DNA of 64,000 nucleotides from Bryobacteraceae bacterium (GTDB lineage Bacteria > Acidobacteriota > Terriglobia > Bryobacterales > Bryobacteraceae): assembly GCA_050010695.1 (NCBI GenBank), contig JBEKKO010000007.1:3647-67646 (forward strand), given 5' to 3'. The stretch's first letter is position 1. Every line of letters starts with the position of its first letter. Below, piece after piece: positions 38,296-47,620 of the stretch. The translations under genes were made by a program, and so were the position numbers. Under the pieces are notes generated by a model, which did not search any database, was not told the origin of the DNA, and saw only the letters and a list, made by a program, of their open reading frames with translations.

Positions 38296-39267
38296 TCATG
38301 CGCCACTCTCCAGCCGCAGGCCGCGGAATTGGGGGAGCAGCGCAAACGGCCGGGCCAAGGCGGCGATCGGTTCACCGGTTTGCCGCACATTGCTTTCGTC
38401 GAATTCCGCCGGTTCGCCGGCGGCCAGCCGCAGATAGCCGATACGCGCCGGGTCAATCCGCATCAGGCGGCAGCAGGTCGCATCCACCGCCACCGGGTCG
38501 GTGCCCGCCACCAACACGCCCATCGGTTTGGCAACGCCCTGAATGGGGCCGTTGCCTTCCATGCCGACGATGCCATCCACCAGCGCGAACTGGCGCGGAA
38601 ACACGGTATACAGATCGGCGACCGATTCGTGGATGCCGGCCCAGTGAAGCACGTTCTTCGGCCATCCGTAGACGCCGCCGGGCACCACGCCGAACAGATT
38701 CTTCATGGCGAGTGTGGCGCCCGTCCAGTGATGTGTTTTCATCTTGGGCATAGACACCAGCAGCGCGGCTCCCAGCACGGTGTTGGGCAGATACACGCGC
38801 TTGAGCTTGGAGAACCGCCGCGGCAAATCGACCAGCGTAACCTCATCCAGGTTGAGATCGACGAAGCGATCTTCGAACCCGGGAATGGTTTGGAAATAGC
38901 CGGCGGCTTCGGCCAGGTCCATCGTATCGCGGCGATGCCCAGGGCCTTCGGCGATGGTCACCTGGGAAGCGCCCAAGGCGCGAAAGGCCTCACAGGCCGC
39001 GTGGACCAGCAGCGGGTGGGTATTGATGGCGCTTTCCGGCTCGAACTCGACCAGGTTGGGCTTGATCACCACCGGGCGGCCGCGAACCGCCAGGCGGTGC
39101 GAATCGACCAAGCGGCGCACGATATCGTAGAGACGCTGGTCATACGCCGGAGCGCGCACGATGGTGGTTTCCGGCCGCGCCCCGTGGACCGGCCGGGCAC
39201 AGCCGGCCGCCATCAGCGCCGCCGCCGAACCCGCCAGCCAATCGCGTCTTGTGATTGCTTCGCCCAT
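38296..39267 (-). CDS. DUF362 domain protein with twin-arginine signal
   Basis: TRRDWLAGSAAALMAAGCARP Tat-type signal. The remainder matches my recollection of DUF362 (VVIKPNLVEF ... MKTHHWTGATLAMKNLFG). Confidence 0.65.
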   Translation of the reverse strand: MGEAITRRDWLAGSAAALMAAGCARPVHGARPETTIVRAPAYDQRLYDIVRRLVDSHRLAVRGRPVVIKPNLVEFEPESAINTHPLLVHAACEAFRALGASQVTIAEGPGHRRDTMDLAEAAGYFQTIPGFEDRFVDLNLDEVTLVDLPRRFSKLKRVYLPNTVLGAALLVSMPKMKTHHWTGATLAMKNLFGVVPGGVYGWPKNVLHWAGIHESVADLYTVFPRQFALVDGIVGMEGNGPIQGVAKPMGVLVAGTDPVAVDATCCRLMRIDPARIGYLRLAAGEPAEFDESNVRQTGEPIAALARPFALLPQFRGLRLESGA

Positions 39268-39270
39268 GGC

Positions 39271-40128
39271 TCAAATCCAGAACGCGCACTTACCCGCCAC
39301 CGCTCCATCCGCGAGGACGCAGGTGGCGATCTCCGGCACGGTGCGGTAGGCGATGCCGGGCGGCGGTGTATAACCCGCGGGCATGCGGGCGTGAGCGGCC
39401 AGTCCCAGCCGCAGCCAGTTCAAGGCATCGGCCGAATGGCACCCATCGAGGAACCGCAAAGCCACCGCCAGAGACTGGTCCGTCTCCCGCCCGTGGCAGC
39501 CGCGCAGAGCGGCCAGGGCCATTCCGGTGGTCTCCGGATAGGCGCTCGATTCGTATCCCAAGGCCCTGGTAGACCCGTGGTTCCAGCCCCCGCCCTTGCA
39601 CATGCGATTGATCAGGAAACGGCGGCCCTCGTCAATCCGCGATTCGAGGCCAGGCGCGGGATGCAACCGGTTCTCGCGGCCGAGCGCCAGGATTCCGAGC
39701 GAGGTGGGACTCACCCACGCCGCGCTCCCCGTCACCCAGGGCCATCCCGGAGCCGCCATTTCGGGCGGAGCCTGGTTCCCCATCAGCCATTGCCGAACCC
39801 GGTACAGGGTGGTCGATTCCAGTCCCGTGGTTGCCGACAGCCAAGCTATGGCGTGCCGGTGGCGCTCCGCCCCCAGGCGCTCGGCGGGCAGCAGTCCAGC
39901 CAGCGAGGTTACCCAGCAGCTTTCTCCCACACCGGGACGTGCCTGCCACCCTCCGTCGTCCCGCTGCGCGGCACGAAGCCATTGGAGGCCGCGTTCGACG
40001 GCTGTCGAATCGCCGTCCCCCTCCAGCGCAAGCAGGGCGTAGACGGTGGGCTCGGTCCAGGAACCACCGCGGCGATAGGGCCATCCACCATCGGCGTTCT
40101 GCTGTTCGAGCAGTCTAGCTGTGGGCAT
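39271..40128 (-). CDS. Prenyltransferase/squalene-oxidase-repeat (alpha-alpha toroid) protein
   Basis: Repeated QxxDGGW-type motifs (QQNADGGWPY, QRDDGGWQA, CKGGGWNHG). 285 aa, no signal peptide seen. Confidence 0.65.
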   Translation of the reverse strand: MPTARLLEQQNADGGWPYRRGGSWTEPTVYALLALEGDGDSTAVERGLQWLRAAQRDDGGWQARPGVGESCWVTSLAGLLPAERLGAERHRHAIAWLSATTGLESTTLYRVRQWLMGNQAPPEMAAPGWPWVTGSAAWVSPTSLGILALGRENRLHPAPGLESRIDEGRRFLINRMCKGGGWNHGSTRALGYESSAYPETTGMALAALRGCHGRETDQSLAVALRFLDGCHSADALNWLRLGLAAHARMPAGYTPPPGIAYRTVPEIATCVLADGAVAGKCAFWI

Positions 40129-40181
40129 TACTTGCGCCTCCGGAGGGCGCAGGCCGGGCGGGCAACAGCGTTGCTCCGCGC

Positions 40182-40271
40182 TCAGCGTGTGGGCTTACGG
40201 CGGCGTCGGCGACCGATCACCATGACCAGCGTTATTCCCGCCGCGAGCCAAAGCGCCCCGAGAATCGACAT
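40182..40271 (-). CDS. 29-codon membrane mini-ORF (MSILGALWLAAGITLVMVIGRRRRRKPTR)
   Basis: ATG at 40271 preceded by AAGGAG 5 nt upstream, TGA at 40182-40184. One TM helix plus an Arg cluster. Paralogue of 40341-40430. Below the ORF-track cutoff. Confidence 0.35.
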   Translation of the reverse strand: MSILGALWLAAGITLVMVIGRRRRRKPTR

Positions 40272-40340
40272 GTGTTCTCCTTTTTCCTGTCAGCGTCCGG
40301 GCCCTCTTGGAAGGCCCGGATAGCACTGCGCGGATCCGCT

Positions 40341-40430
40341 CTAGCGCGTTCGGCGCGCACGGCGCCGCCGCAGGAACAGATAAATCATTCCACCAGCTAC
40401 CAGCCACAGCAAACCTTGCACGTATTCCAT
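40341..40430 (-). CDS. 29-codon membrane mini-ORF (MEYVQGLLWLVAGGMIYLFLRRRRARRTR)
   Basis: ATG at 40430, 15 nt after the tadC stop, preceded by AAAGGA 7 nt upstream. TAG at 40341-40343. Same length and architecture as 40182-40271. Confidence 0.35.
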   Translation of the reverse strand: MEYVQGLLWLVAGGMIYLFLRRRRARRTR

Positions 40431-40445
40431 CGTCGAATCCTTTCG

Positions 40446-41390
40446 TTAATGCACTGTGTCCATCATCGGGAACAGATGCTTGAAAACACCCAGCAGCGCT
40501 GGGCCGGCTGCCACGATGATCATCGATGGCATTATGCAGAAGAAGATCGGAAACACCAGTTTCACGCCCACCTTGCCGGCGCGTTCTTCGGCTTCCTGGC
40601 GGCGGCGGGTGCGCATGAAATCGGAATGATTGCGCAAACTCTCGCCCATGCTGGTGCCGAACCGGTCATTCTGAATCAGAATGGCCATCAACTTACGAAT
40701 CTCCGGCTCGCCCGTCCGCTCGGCGAAATTCCGCAGAGCGTCGGACCGCCGCTTGCCCGCCCGCATTTCCAGGGTTACCAGGGAAATCTCTTCGCTCAAT
40801 TGCGGGTGCGTGATGGCGAGTTCCCGGGCTACGTGCTGGATAGCCTGGTCCAGGCCCAGCCCGGCCTCCACCGACACCACCAGCATGTCGAGCATGTCCG
40901 GGAGCGAAAGCCGCAGGATGTTCTGCCGTTTCTTCACCTTTTTTTCGAGGAAGAACTTGGGCATAATCCAGCCTGCCGCCGCCCCGAAAAACAGCAGCGC
41001 CACCTTCATCATCCCGTTCTGCTCCATCTTGGCCACCATCACGAATGCGAACGCCAGCAAGGCCACGGTGCTAATGATCCTCAACCCGTAGAACACCGGG
41101 GTGGCACTCTCGGAGCGGAATCCGGCGCGGATCAGATCGACCCTGAGGGTGGCCACTTCCTCATCCGAAGTGGGCATTTTCGAACCGATGCTGGTCAGAA
41201 ACGTAACCACAGTGTTCGGGCGCGCCGCTTCGGCGCTGACGTCGCCGATACGCGGGCCGTCCAGGATGACCGGATTGCCGAGTTGGCGCAGATACTTGTT
41301 GGGCTTGTAGAACAGCCGGTAAGCCGCCCACACCCCCAGCAGCATGAACATCAAAAACGCGGAAATCGCCAGAAAAAGCGGGTGCGTCAT
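40446..41390 (-). CDS. tadC: Tad pilus inner-membrane platform protein TadC (T2SS F family)
   Basis: GspF-like domain (LSLPDMLDMLVVSVEAGLGLDQA). Start taken at the ATG at 41390, 2 nt after the tadB stop. Confidence 0.85.
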   Translation of the reverse strand: MTHPLFLAISAFLMFMLLGVWAAYRLFYKPNKYLRQLGNPVILDGPRIGDVSAEAARPNTVVTFLTSIGSKMPTSDEEVATLRVDLIRAGFRSESATPVFYGLRIISTVALLAFAFVMVAKMEQNGMMKVALLFFGAAAGWIMPKFFLEKKVKKRQNILRLSLPDMLDMLVVSVEAGLGLDQAIQHVARELAITHPQLSEEISLVTLEMRAGKRRSDALRNFAERTGEPEIRKLMAILIQNDRFGTSMGESLRNHSDFMRTRRRQEAEERAGKVGVKLVFPIFFCIMPSMIIVAAGPALLGVFKHLFPMMDTVH

Positions 41391-41392
41391 AT

Positions 41393-42364
41393 TCAAACCT
41401 TGATCGTGATGATCTTCTTGATGAAGAAATAGCCCATAAGCTGGGCGGCGATGGCGCTGCCGATCAGCCACCTGCCATCGGAATCCTTAGCCATGCTCTG
41501 CAGATATCCCGGCGCCACGAACAGCAATCCGAGCATGGTGGCGATGGGCAGCAAGGTCAAAATGGTGGCAGTCATGCGGCCGTGCGCGCTGGCCGCTTTG
41601 ACCTGCCCTTTGAGCCGGAACCGCTCGCGAATCACGTAGGCCAGCCGGGTCAGAATCTCGGCCAGATTGCCTCCGGTCTGCTTCTGCAGCAGCACCGAAG
41701 AAGTGAAAAACCGCACGTCCAGCAACGGAACTCGCTCGGTGAAGTTGCGCAGAGCCGCTTCCAGCGTCGCGCCCAGGTTCTGTTCGTTGAACAGCGTGCG
41801 GAACTCCTGGCCCAGCGGGTCCGCCAGTTCCTCACCCACCATTTGCAAGCTGATGGTAAAGGCGTGGCCCGCGCGCATGGAACGCGAAAGAAAATCGAGC
41901 GCCTCAGGAAACTGTTCCTCCAGAGCGTCCAAACGCTTCTTGCGTTTGTGCCGCACGTACAGGTACGGCAAGGCCGCGGCCAATACCCCCACCGCAATGC
42001 CCGTCACCAGGCGGTTGCCCAGGAGTCCGACCACCGCCCCCAACCCCAAGCCGGGAATAAAGAGCAGACCCATCGCCGCCAGCAGGTGTGTCGACGACCA
42101 GCCCAAACCAGCCTGCTGAATCTGCCGCTGCGCGTGCCGGGCGAAGCGGAACGCTTTGATGCGCGCCATCATCCCGTGCGGCTTATCGACATCCATCTCG
42201 CGCAACAGGTTGCTGACCGACATCACCGGCTCGCCGCTGGCGGTGTGCAGCATGTCGAGGACCTGCTTCTTTTGCCGCGCCTCGACGAACTTGAGGCCGA
42301 CCTTGGTGGCGATCAGCAGCACCGCGAAGATCAGCACGAAGATAGCGACAAAGATCAAGGCCAT
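41393..42364 (-). CDS. tadB: Tad pilus inner-membrane platform protein TadB (T2SS F family)
   Basis: GspF-like domain (FPEALDFLSRSMRAGHAFTISL). Abuts cpaF. Confidence 0.85.
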   Translation of the reverse strand: MALIFVAIFVLIFAVLLIATKVGLKFVEARQKKQVLDMLHTASGEPVMSVSNLLREMDVDKPHGMMARIKAFRFARHAQRQIQQAGLGWSSTHLLAAMGLLFIPGLGLGAVVGLLGNRLVTGIAVGVLAAALPYLYVRHKRKKRLDALEEQFPEALDFLSRSMRAGHAFTISLQMVGEELADPLGQEFRTLFNEQNLGATLEAALRNFTERVPLLDVRFFTSSVLLQKQTGGNLAEILTRLAYVIRERFRLKGQVKAASAHGRMTATILTLLPIATMLGLLFVAPGYLQSMAKDSDGRWLIGSAIAAQLMGYFFIKKIITIKV

Positions 42365-43726
42365 TTAGTTAATCTCCACCACGGTCTGGAACATCTGCTG
42401 TGGCAGGGTGATGCCGGCCGCCTTGAGGCGCTCGTAGAACTTGGGCCGGATGCCGGTCGCCCGGAAGCGTCCCAGCACCTTGCCGGTTTCGCTGATGCCC
42501 GTCTTTTCGAACAGGAAGATGTCCTGCAGCGTGATGATGTCCTGTTCCATGCCCACAACCTCGGTGATGTGGGTAACGCGCCGGGTGCCGTCGCTGAAAC
42601 GCGAGATCTGCACGAACAGGTTGACGGCGGCGGCGATCTGCTGCCGAACCGAGCGGAGTCCCATGTTGGAGTTCGCCATGCCGACCATCACTTCGAGACG
42701 GCCCAGGCTGTCGCGGGGGGTGTTGGCGTGGATGGTGGTCAGCGACCCGTCGTGGCCGGTGTTCATGGCCTGCAACATGTCCAGCGCTTCTTCGGCGCGG
42801 ACCTCACCCACGATGATCCGGTCGGGCCGCATACGGAGGGCGTTGACGACCAGTTGCCGGATATGAATGGCGCCGGTGCCTTCCACGTTGGCGGGGCGGG
42901 TTTCCATGCGCGCCACGTGGGTTTGCTGCAGCCGCAACTCGGCTGCGTCCTCAATCGTCACGATACGCTCGTCCTCGGGAATGTAGCTGGACAGGGCGTT
43001 GAGCAGGGTGGTCTTGCCGGCGCCGGTTCCGCCGCTGATCAGGATGTTGAGCCTCGCCTTCACGCACCCCTTCAGCAGCTCCAGCATGCCTTCGGTGAGC
43101 GAGAGCTTGGTCACCAGGTCCTCGCCCTTCATGCCGTGGCGGCCGAAGCGGCGGATGCAAAGCAGCGGGCCGTCCACCGCCACCGGTGGAATGGCCGCGT
43201 TGACGCGCGAGCCGTCCGGCAGGCGCGCGTCCACCAGCGGCGAACTCTCGTCGACGCGGCGCCCGACCCGCGACACCACTTTTTCGATGATGCGCAACAG
43301 ATGCGCGTCGTCCTTGAACTCGACCGGCGTCCGGTACAGCTTGCCGGCCCGTTCCACGTACACCAGCTTGGGCGTGGTCACCAGGATGTCGCTGATGGTT
43401 GGATCCTGCAACAACGGCTCCAGCGGCCCCAGCCCGAACACCTCGTCCAGAATTTCTTCGATGACGCGGTCCTTTTCCACCAGGCTGAGGGGCGTTTTTT
43501 CCTCGTCCACCAGCTTGGCTACCGCCACCCGGATCTCCGCCCGCACCCGATCGCCCGCCATCGAGGACAAGGCCTCCAGGTTGATGCGATCGAGCAGCTT
43601 GCGGTGGAGCGTGAACTTCAGCTCCTGGTACTCCGGAGTGGTGCCCTCGCGCGTGAACAACCGGTTGACCCAGCCGGCTTCCCGGTTATCTCCCTGCCTC
43701 GCCGGCAAATCCATCAAAGCGGCCAT
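42365..43726 (-). CDS. cpaF: Tad pilus ATPase CpaF/TadA
   Basis: Walker [15 protein letters not shown], Asp box and Walker B (IVGEVR), His box ([12 protein letters not shown]). Confidence 0.93.
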   Translation of the reverse strand: MAALMDLPARQGDNREAGWVNRLFTREGTTPEYQELKFTLHRKLLDRINLEALSSMAGDRVRAEIRVAVAKLVDEEKTPLSLVEKDRVIEEILDEVFGLGPLEPLLQDPTISDILVTTPKLVYVERAGKLYRTPVEFKDDAHLLRIIEKVVSRVGRRVDESSPLVDARLPDGSRVNAAIPPVAVDGPLLCIRRFGRHGMKGEDLVTKLSLTEGMLELLKGCVKARLNILISGGTGAGKTTLLNALSSYIPEDERIVTIEDAAELRLQQTHVARMETRPANVEGTGAIHIRQLVVNALRMRPDRIIVGEVRAEEALDMLQAMNTGHDGSLTTIHANTPRDSLGRLEVMVGMANSNMGLRSVRQQIAAAVNLFVQISRFSDGTRRVTHITEVVGMEQDIITLQDIFLFEKTGISETGKVLGRFRATGIRPKFYERLKAAGITLPQQMFQTVVEIN

Positions 43727-43741
43727 TACATTTCCTTCTTT

Positions 43742-44911
43742 CTATCGACCGAACAACCCGCTGAAGCCCTTGCTGCTCTTCTTTTCTTCTTCAATGTTGG
43801 CCAGCTTCAGGGCCAGCTTCGAAATCTGCTTGCCAAGATCCCCGGTGCGGTTCAGCATCCGTCCCTCGGCGTATGTCTCGTACAGATCCGGATAGTCGCT
43901 GGGGACCATGAAAAAGATCGGCAGCCCCAGCATCTTTTCCAATTCGCTGGCCGTGATGTCCAGCCGTTTGGGCGCGCGATTGAGGATCAGCTTGATCTTG
44001 TGTTTGCCGAATCCGCTGTCGAGCAGCGTCTGGGTAATCTGCTTGGCCTGGTGCAGGGCCGGCACCTCGAGGGTGGTGACCAGATAAGCCTCGTCGCATT
44101 CCTCCAGCGCCGCCATGCAGATCGGGCTCAGACTGCGTCCCAGGTCCACCAGCGTCCAGTCGTAATGCGGCTTGACGAAGGCCAGGACGTGGCGCACTTG
44201 CTCGTCGGTGGGCCGCATTTTGGAAGCCAGCGCCAAGGGCGAGGCCACGATCTCCACCCCGGGAATGCCGTTCGACACCAGCGCCTTCCAATAGTGGATG
44301 TCCAGCCGGTGCAGGTTGGTAATGGCGTCCAGAATCGAGTACACCGAGCTGGTCTTGGTAATGAACCCCACCATCCCGGCGTCCAGATCCAGATCCGCCA
44401 GCAGCACCTTCTGGTTCTGCCGGCCCAGCTCCGCCGCCACGTGGCAGACGATCGTGGTGGCGCCGCAGCCCCCCTTCGCCGAGAAGAAGCCGAGAGCCTT
44501 CCCCACGCCTTTCGTTCCGCCGTCGCGCCGCCGGCTACGCTCCGCCGAGCGCCGTTCGAGCGCTTTGCGCAACGGATCCCGCAGCGGCGGGTACAGGTAT
44601 TCGTTGATTCCCGCCCGCAGCGACGACAGGATGGCGGCTGGATCGGCCGAGGTGTTGAGCGCGATGATCATCGGGTCGCCGGTCACCGCGCGGATCGAGG
44701 ACACCAGGCCCTCGAGCGGTTCCCTCCACCCGCTGATGTCCACCAGAACCACGTCCGGCCGCATCCGCTCCAGCCGATCGAGGAAATTGCTGACGTCGCC
44801 CACGTCCTGATGCTCGACGATGACTCGGAACGGCAACTCGCCCAGGCAGGCCTGCGTCTGCTCCCACAGCAAGCGATTTTCGATCGCCAGACCGATAGTC
44901 AGAGGATACAT
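43742..44911 (-). CDS. cpaE: CpaE/TadZ-like protein: receiver-like N-domain plus MinD/ParA-type ATPase
   Basis: N-terminal receiver-like fold (DVVLVDIS). Deviant Walker A region FFSAKGGCGATT. Confidence 0.8.
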   Translation of the reverse strand: MYPLTIGLAIENRLLWEQTQACLGELPFRVIVEHQDVGDVSNFLDRLERMRPDVVLVDISGWREPLEGLVSSIRAVTGDPMIIALNTSADPAAILSSLRAGINEYLYPPLRDPLRKALERRSAERSRRRDGGTKGVGKALGFFSAKGGCGATTIVCHVAAELGRQNQKVLLADLDLDAGMVGFITKTSSVYSILDAITNLHRLDIHYWKALVSNGIPGVEIVASPLALASKMRPTDEQVRHVLAFVKPHYDWTLVDLGRSLSPICMAALEECDEAYLVTTLEVPALHQAKQITQTLLDSGFGKHKIKLILNRAPKRLDITASELEKMLGLPIFFMVPSDYPDLYETYAEGRMLNRTGDLGKQISKLALKLANIEEEKKSSKGFSGLFGR

Positions 44912-44933
44912 GATGGCTTCCCCGGAATCCTCG

Positions 44934-46502
44934 TTACTGCTTGACCGGGGCCGGCGCGGAGACCGGCGCCGGCGCTGGGTTCTGGTACAGGGGTTGCTCC
45001 GAACTCACCGGCTGCAAGGCCGGCGCCAGGTTCAGCGTATTGGCTGAGTTGGCTGGCGACGTGGCGGATTCCTTCTTGATCTGTTCCAGCATCTGCTCAT
45101 AGGGCATCGGCGGTGCATTCATCTCGCCCGGCGCCCCCGTCTTATCCATCCCGGGCTGCCTTACCGAGGGCGAGTTCTGCTTCATGAAGGGCTCCCTCCA
45201 GCTCAGCTCGGGAACGGGCTGCCCCGCTTTGACCGGCCGCACCAGTTCCGGCGTTACGATCACCAGCAGTTCGGAGTTGGCCTGCTTCCACTGCTTGCTC
45301 TGGAACAGCTTGCCGAGCAGGGGGATGTCGCCGAGCCCGGGAATCTTCTGCGAGCTCTCGGTCACCGAGTTGTCCAGCAGGCCGGCGATTACGAAGCTCT
45401 CCCCGCTCTCCAGTTCCACGGTGGCCTCGGTCTTGCGCGTCGTCAGGCCGGGAATCGTGAAACCGGAAATGGTCAGCGTGTTCGTGTAGTCGAGCGCGCT
45501 ATACTCGGGCGCTACCCGCATGCGGATCGTGTTACGCGGCGTGATGACCGGCAGGAACTTCAGCTTGATGCCGTATTCCTTGTACATCACCGTGATGGCG
45601 CCGGTGGACGCCCCCGACTGCACCACCGGAATCGGATACTCGCCGCCGGAAAGGAAGCTCGCCTCCTGTCCGTCGGTGGTCAGCAGGTTCGGCTCCGCCA
45701 GCACCTCCGCCAGCCCCTTGGCCTGGTACGCCTGAATGGCCGCTCCCAGGTTGATGTCCTTGCGAAAAAGAAAGACCTGCACCGCCGTGGAGAGGCTGAT
45801 GGCGCCCGTGGCGTCGATGCCGGGGGCGCCCGTCTGCGAGGTGGTCAGGCCGGTTGCCTGGTTGAATGCGTTGCTCACGATGGAAGCGCCCAAGTCCCGC
45901 TCCGCGGTACGGTCAACCGTGGCGAACTTCACTTTCAACAGCACTTCGGGTCCGCCTTGCGACACGGCCACCCGCAGCAGGTTCACTGGCTTGGTCACGG
46001 CCAGGGTGGAGGCAATCTGCATCACCCGGTTGGCGCTCATCATATCCCGCACCTGGCCGCGCACGAATACCGTGTCATTGTCGAAGGTGACGTTGATATC
46101 GTCGTTGGGGAAGTCGCGGGCGATCTGTTGCCGCACGGCCTCCAGCTTAACCGGGCTCACCCGCACCGTCAGGTCGTAGACCAGGCGCCGGCCGCCATGC
46201 TGCCAGACGATCAGCGAGGTCTCGCCAGGAAGCTTGCCGTTGATCAGCACCTCCTGCGGATTGATGGCCACGGCTTCCACCAGGTCGCCGTTGGCCACCG
46301 AGATTTTTTCGATCCGGAGCGGGCTGTCGATGATCAGGCTCTTGCCCACCGTCGCTACCAGCTTGCCGTCGGTCCCGGACCGGAGCGCGCCGGCAGGGGC
46401 CGGCTCCTGGGCCGCCGGGGCCGAATCGGCCGCCGAAAGCACAACTCCCGGCGCCACCAGGGCAGCCAGCAGGCAGATGGAGATTCCTCGGGTCTGTGTC
46501 AT
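44934..46502 (-). CDS. cpaC: Tad secretin CpaC/RcpA
   Basis: Signal peptide. Secretin C-domain (IPGLGDIPLLGKLFQS ... ELLVIVTPELV). Confidence 0.88.
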   Translation of the reverse strand: MTQTRGISICLLAALVAPGVVLSAADSAPAAQEPAPAGALRSGTDGKLVATVGKSLIIDSPLRIEKISVANGDLVEAVAINPQEVLINGKLPGETSLIVWQHGGRRLVYDLTVRVSPVKLEAVRQQIARDFPNDDINVTFDNDTVFVRGQVRDMMSANRVMQIASTLAVTKPVNLLRVAVSQGGPEVLLKVKFATVDRTAERDLGASIVSNAFNQATGLTTSQTGAPGIDATGAISLSTAVQVFLFRKDINLGAAIQAYQAKGLAEVLAEPNLLTTDGQEASFLSGGEYPIPVVQSGASTGAITVMYKEYGIKLKFLPVITPRNTIRMRVAPEYSALDYTNTLTISGFTIPGLTTRKTEATVELESGESFVIAGLLDNSVTESSQKIPGLGDIPLLGKLFQSKQWKQANSELLVIVTPELVRPVKAGQPVPELSWREPFMKQNSPSVRQPGMDKTGAPGEMNAPPMPYEQMLEQIKKESATSPANSANTLNLAPALQPVSSEQPLYQNPAPAPVSAPAPVKQ

Positions 46503-47378
46503 TTACTTACCCTCCCCGCCGGGTTCGAACTTGGCTTCTTTCTTGCTCGTTCCGGAAATAATCTCCATTACAAAAGCCGGCTCCTTCGGGGCCACCTTCG
46601 GGGCTGGGGGCACCACCACCAGCGCGCGAACCGGGTGCACCACGGGAACCACGGGTTCGGCTACGGCGCCGGTGAACAGGCGCGCCAGCGCCGTGCCCGT
46701 CGTCTTGGCAATGGCCTTGTCCAGCGGGTTGCGCAGCGAGAGCTGCACCGTGGTCTGCGCCGATGCCAGGCTCAACTGCTCGGCCTGCTCGGGTGTGGCC
46801 AGCACGGTGATCACCTGCACCACCATTGGCTTTCCTTCGGGGTCCTTCTTAAAATCCTGTCCGGCCGAGAGTACCTCGACGTCCTGCAGCAGGGTCTTGG
46901 TTATCGTCCCCTGGCGGTTGTCGCTGCCGGGAACATTGCCAGAGATCAACACGTCCACGTGCATGCCCGGCACCACGAACCCCGCCACTCCGGCCACTTC
47001 GTTGACCCGCAGCGGCACGGCCCGCATCCCCGGCGGAATCAGCACCGAAAACCCGCCTCCGGCGCCTTTCGGCGCCAGGCGTTTTTCGATAATCGGTTCC
47101 TTGTTCATGATCGCGATCATCACGCCGCGCCCCAGTAATTCTTGCGGGCGACTGCTCGATCCCTCTGGGAAAGGCCCGGTCCAGTCCTCCAGCTTGACGT
47201 CGTCTTCCTTGATGACGGCGCCCACATCCAGGTCTTTGGCCGCCACCGCAATCTTGACCGTGGCCTGCACCACTTGCGGCGCTTGCTGATGGCTCATCAA
47301 CGCCTTGTACAACGCGGTGCTGATAGCCAAAGCGACTCCCGCCACAAAGATCAGAACCCAGATGAATCTTTTGTTCAT
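46503..47378 (-). CDS. cpaB: Flp pilus assembly protein CpaB/RcpC
   Basis: N-terminal TM anchor, SAF-like domain, then RcpC-type beta domain. Abuts the secretin gene. Confidence 0.85.
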   Translation of the reverse strand: MNKRFIWVLIFVAGVALAISTALYKALMSHQQAPQVVQATVKIAVAAKDLDVGAVIKEDDVKLEDWTGPFPEGSSSRPQELLGRGVMIAIMNKEPIIEKRLAPKGAGGGFSVLIPPGMRAVPLRVNEVAGVAGFVVPGMHVDVLISGNVPGSDNRQGTITKTLLQDVEVLSAGQDFKKDPEGKPMVVQVITVLATPEQAEQLSLASAQTTVQLSLRNPLDKAIAKTTGTALARLFTGAVAEPVVPVVHPVRALVVVPPAPKVAPKEPAFVMEIISGTSKKEAKFEPGGEGK

Positions 47379-47480
47379 ATTCCCTTCCCGCCGTCCGCCG
47401 CGCCGCGGCTTGACTCGCGGGACCTCGCTGCCGCCTCCTCTAATGGGGCGGCCTGATCGCTATTCTCCGCACGAGATGCA

Positions 47481-47567
47481 GCCGCAGCGCTTTGGGCTTG
47501 GCTCTTTCAACCGCGCTGCGGCCATCTCACCATCATTATTATCGTCCCAGCCGGCATTCCTTGCCGG
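47481..47567 (-). terminator. Hairpins in the 242-nt flp-cpaB spacer (possible attenuator)
   Basis: 10-bp stem at 47481-47490/47513-47522 (22-nt loop) and 6-bp stem at 47551-47556/47562-47567, followed on the minus strand by an A/U-rich stretch. No clean U-run. Confidence 0.25.
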
Positions 47568-47620
47568 TCTGATGAGCACATCCGCCCGCATCGCGCGTCC
47601 GGAATGCTCAACCGGGAAAT

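Noticed and set aside
38065-40323. 752-aa plus-strand ORF
   Set aside because: Antisense to the DUF362 and toroid-repeat genes. Composition is dominated by Arg, Gly, Ala and Pro. No recognisable domain.
41582-44944. 1120-aa ORF on the plus strand, the longest in the window
   Set aside because: It lies entirely antisense to tadB, cpaF and cpaE, which have unambiguous motifs. Its translation is Arg/Gly/His/Gln-rich and low-complexity with no motif. This is a typical stop-poor antisense frame in high-GC DNA.
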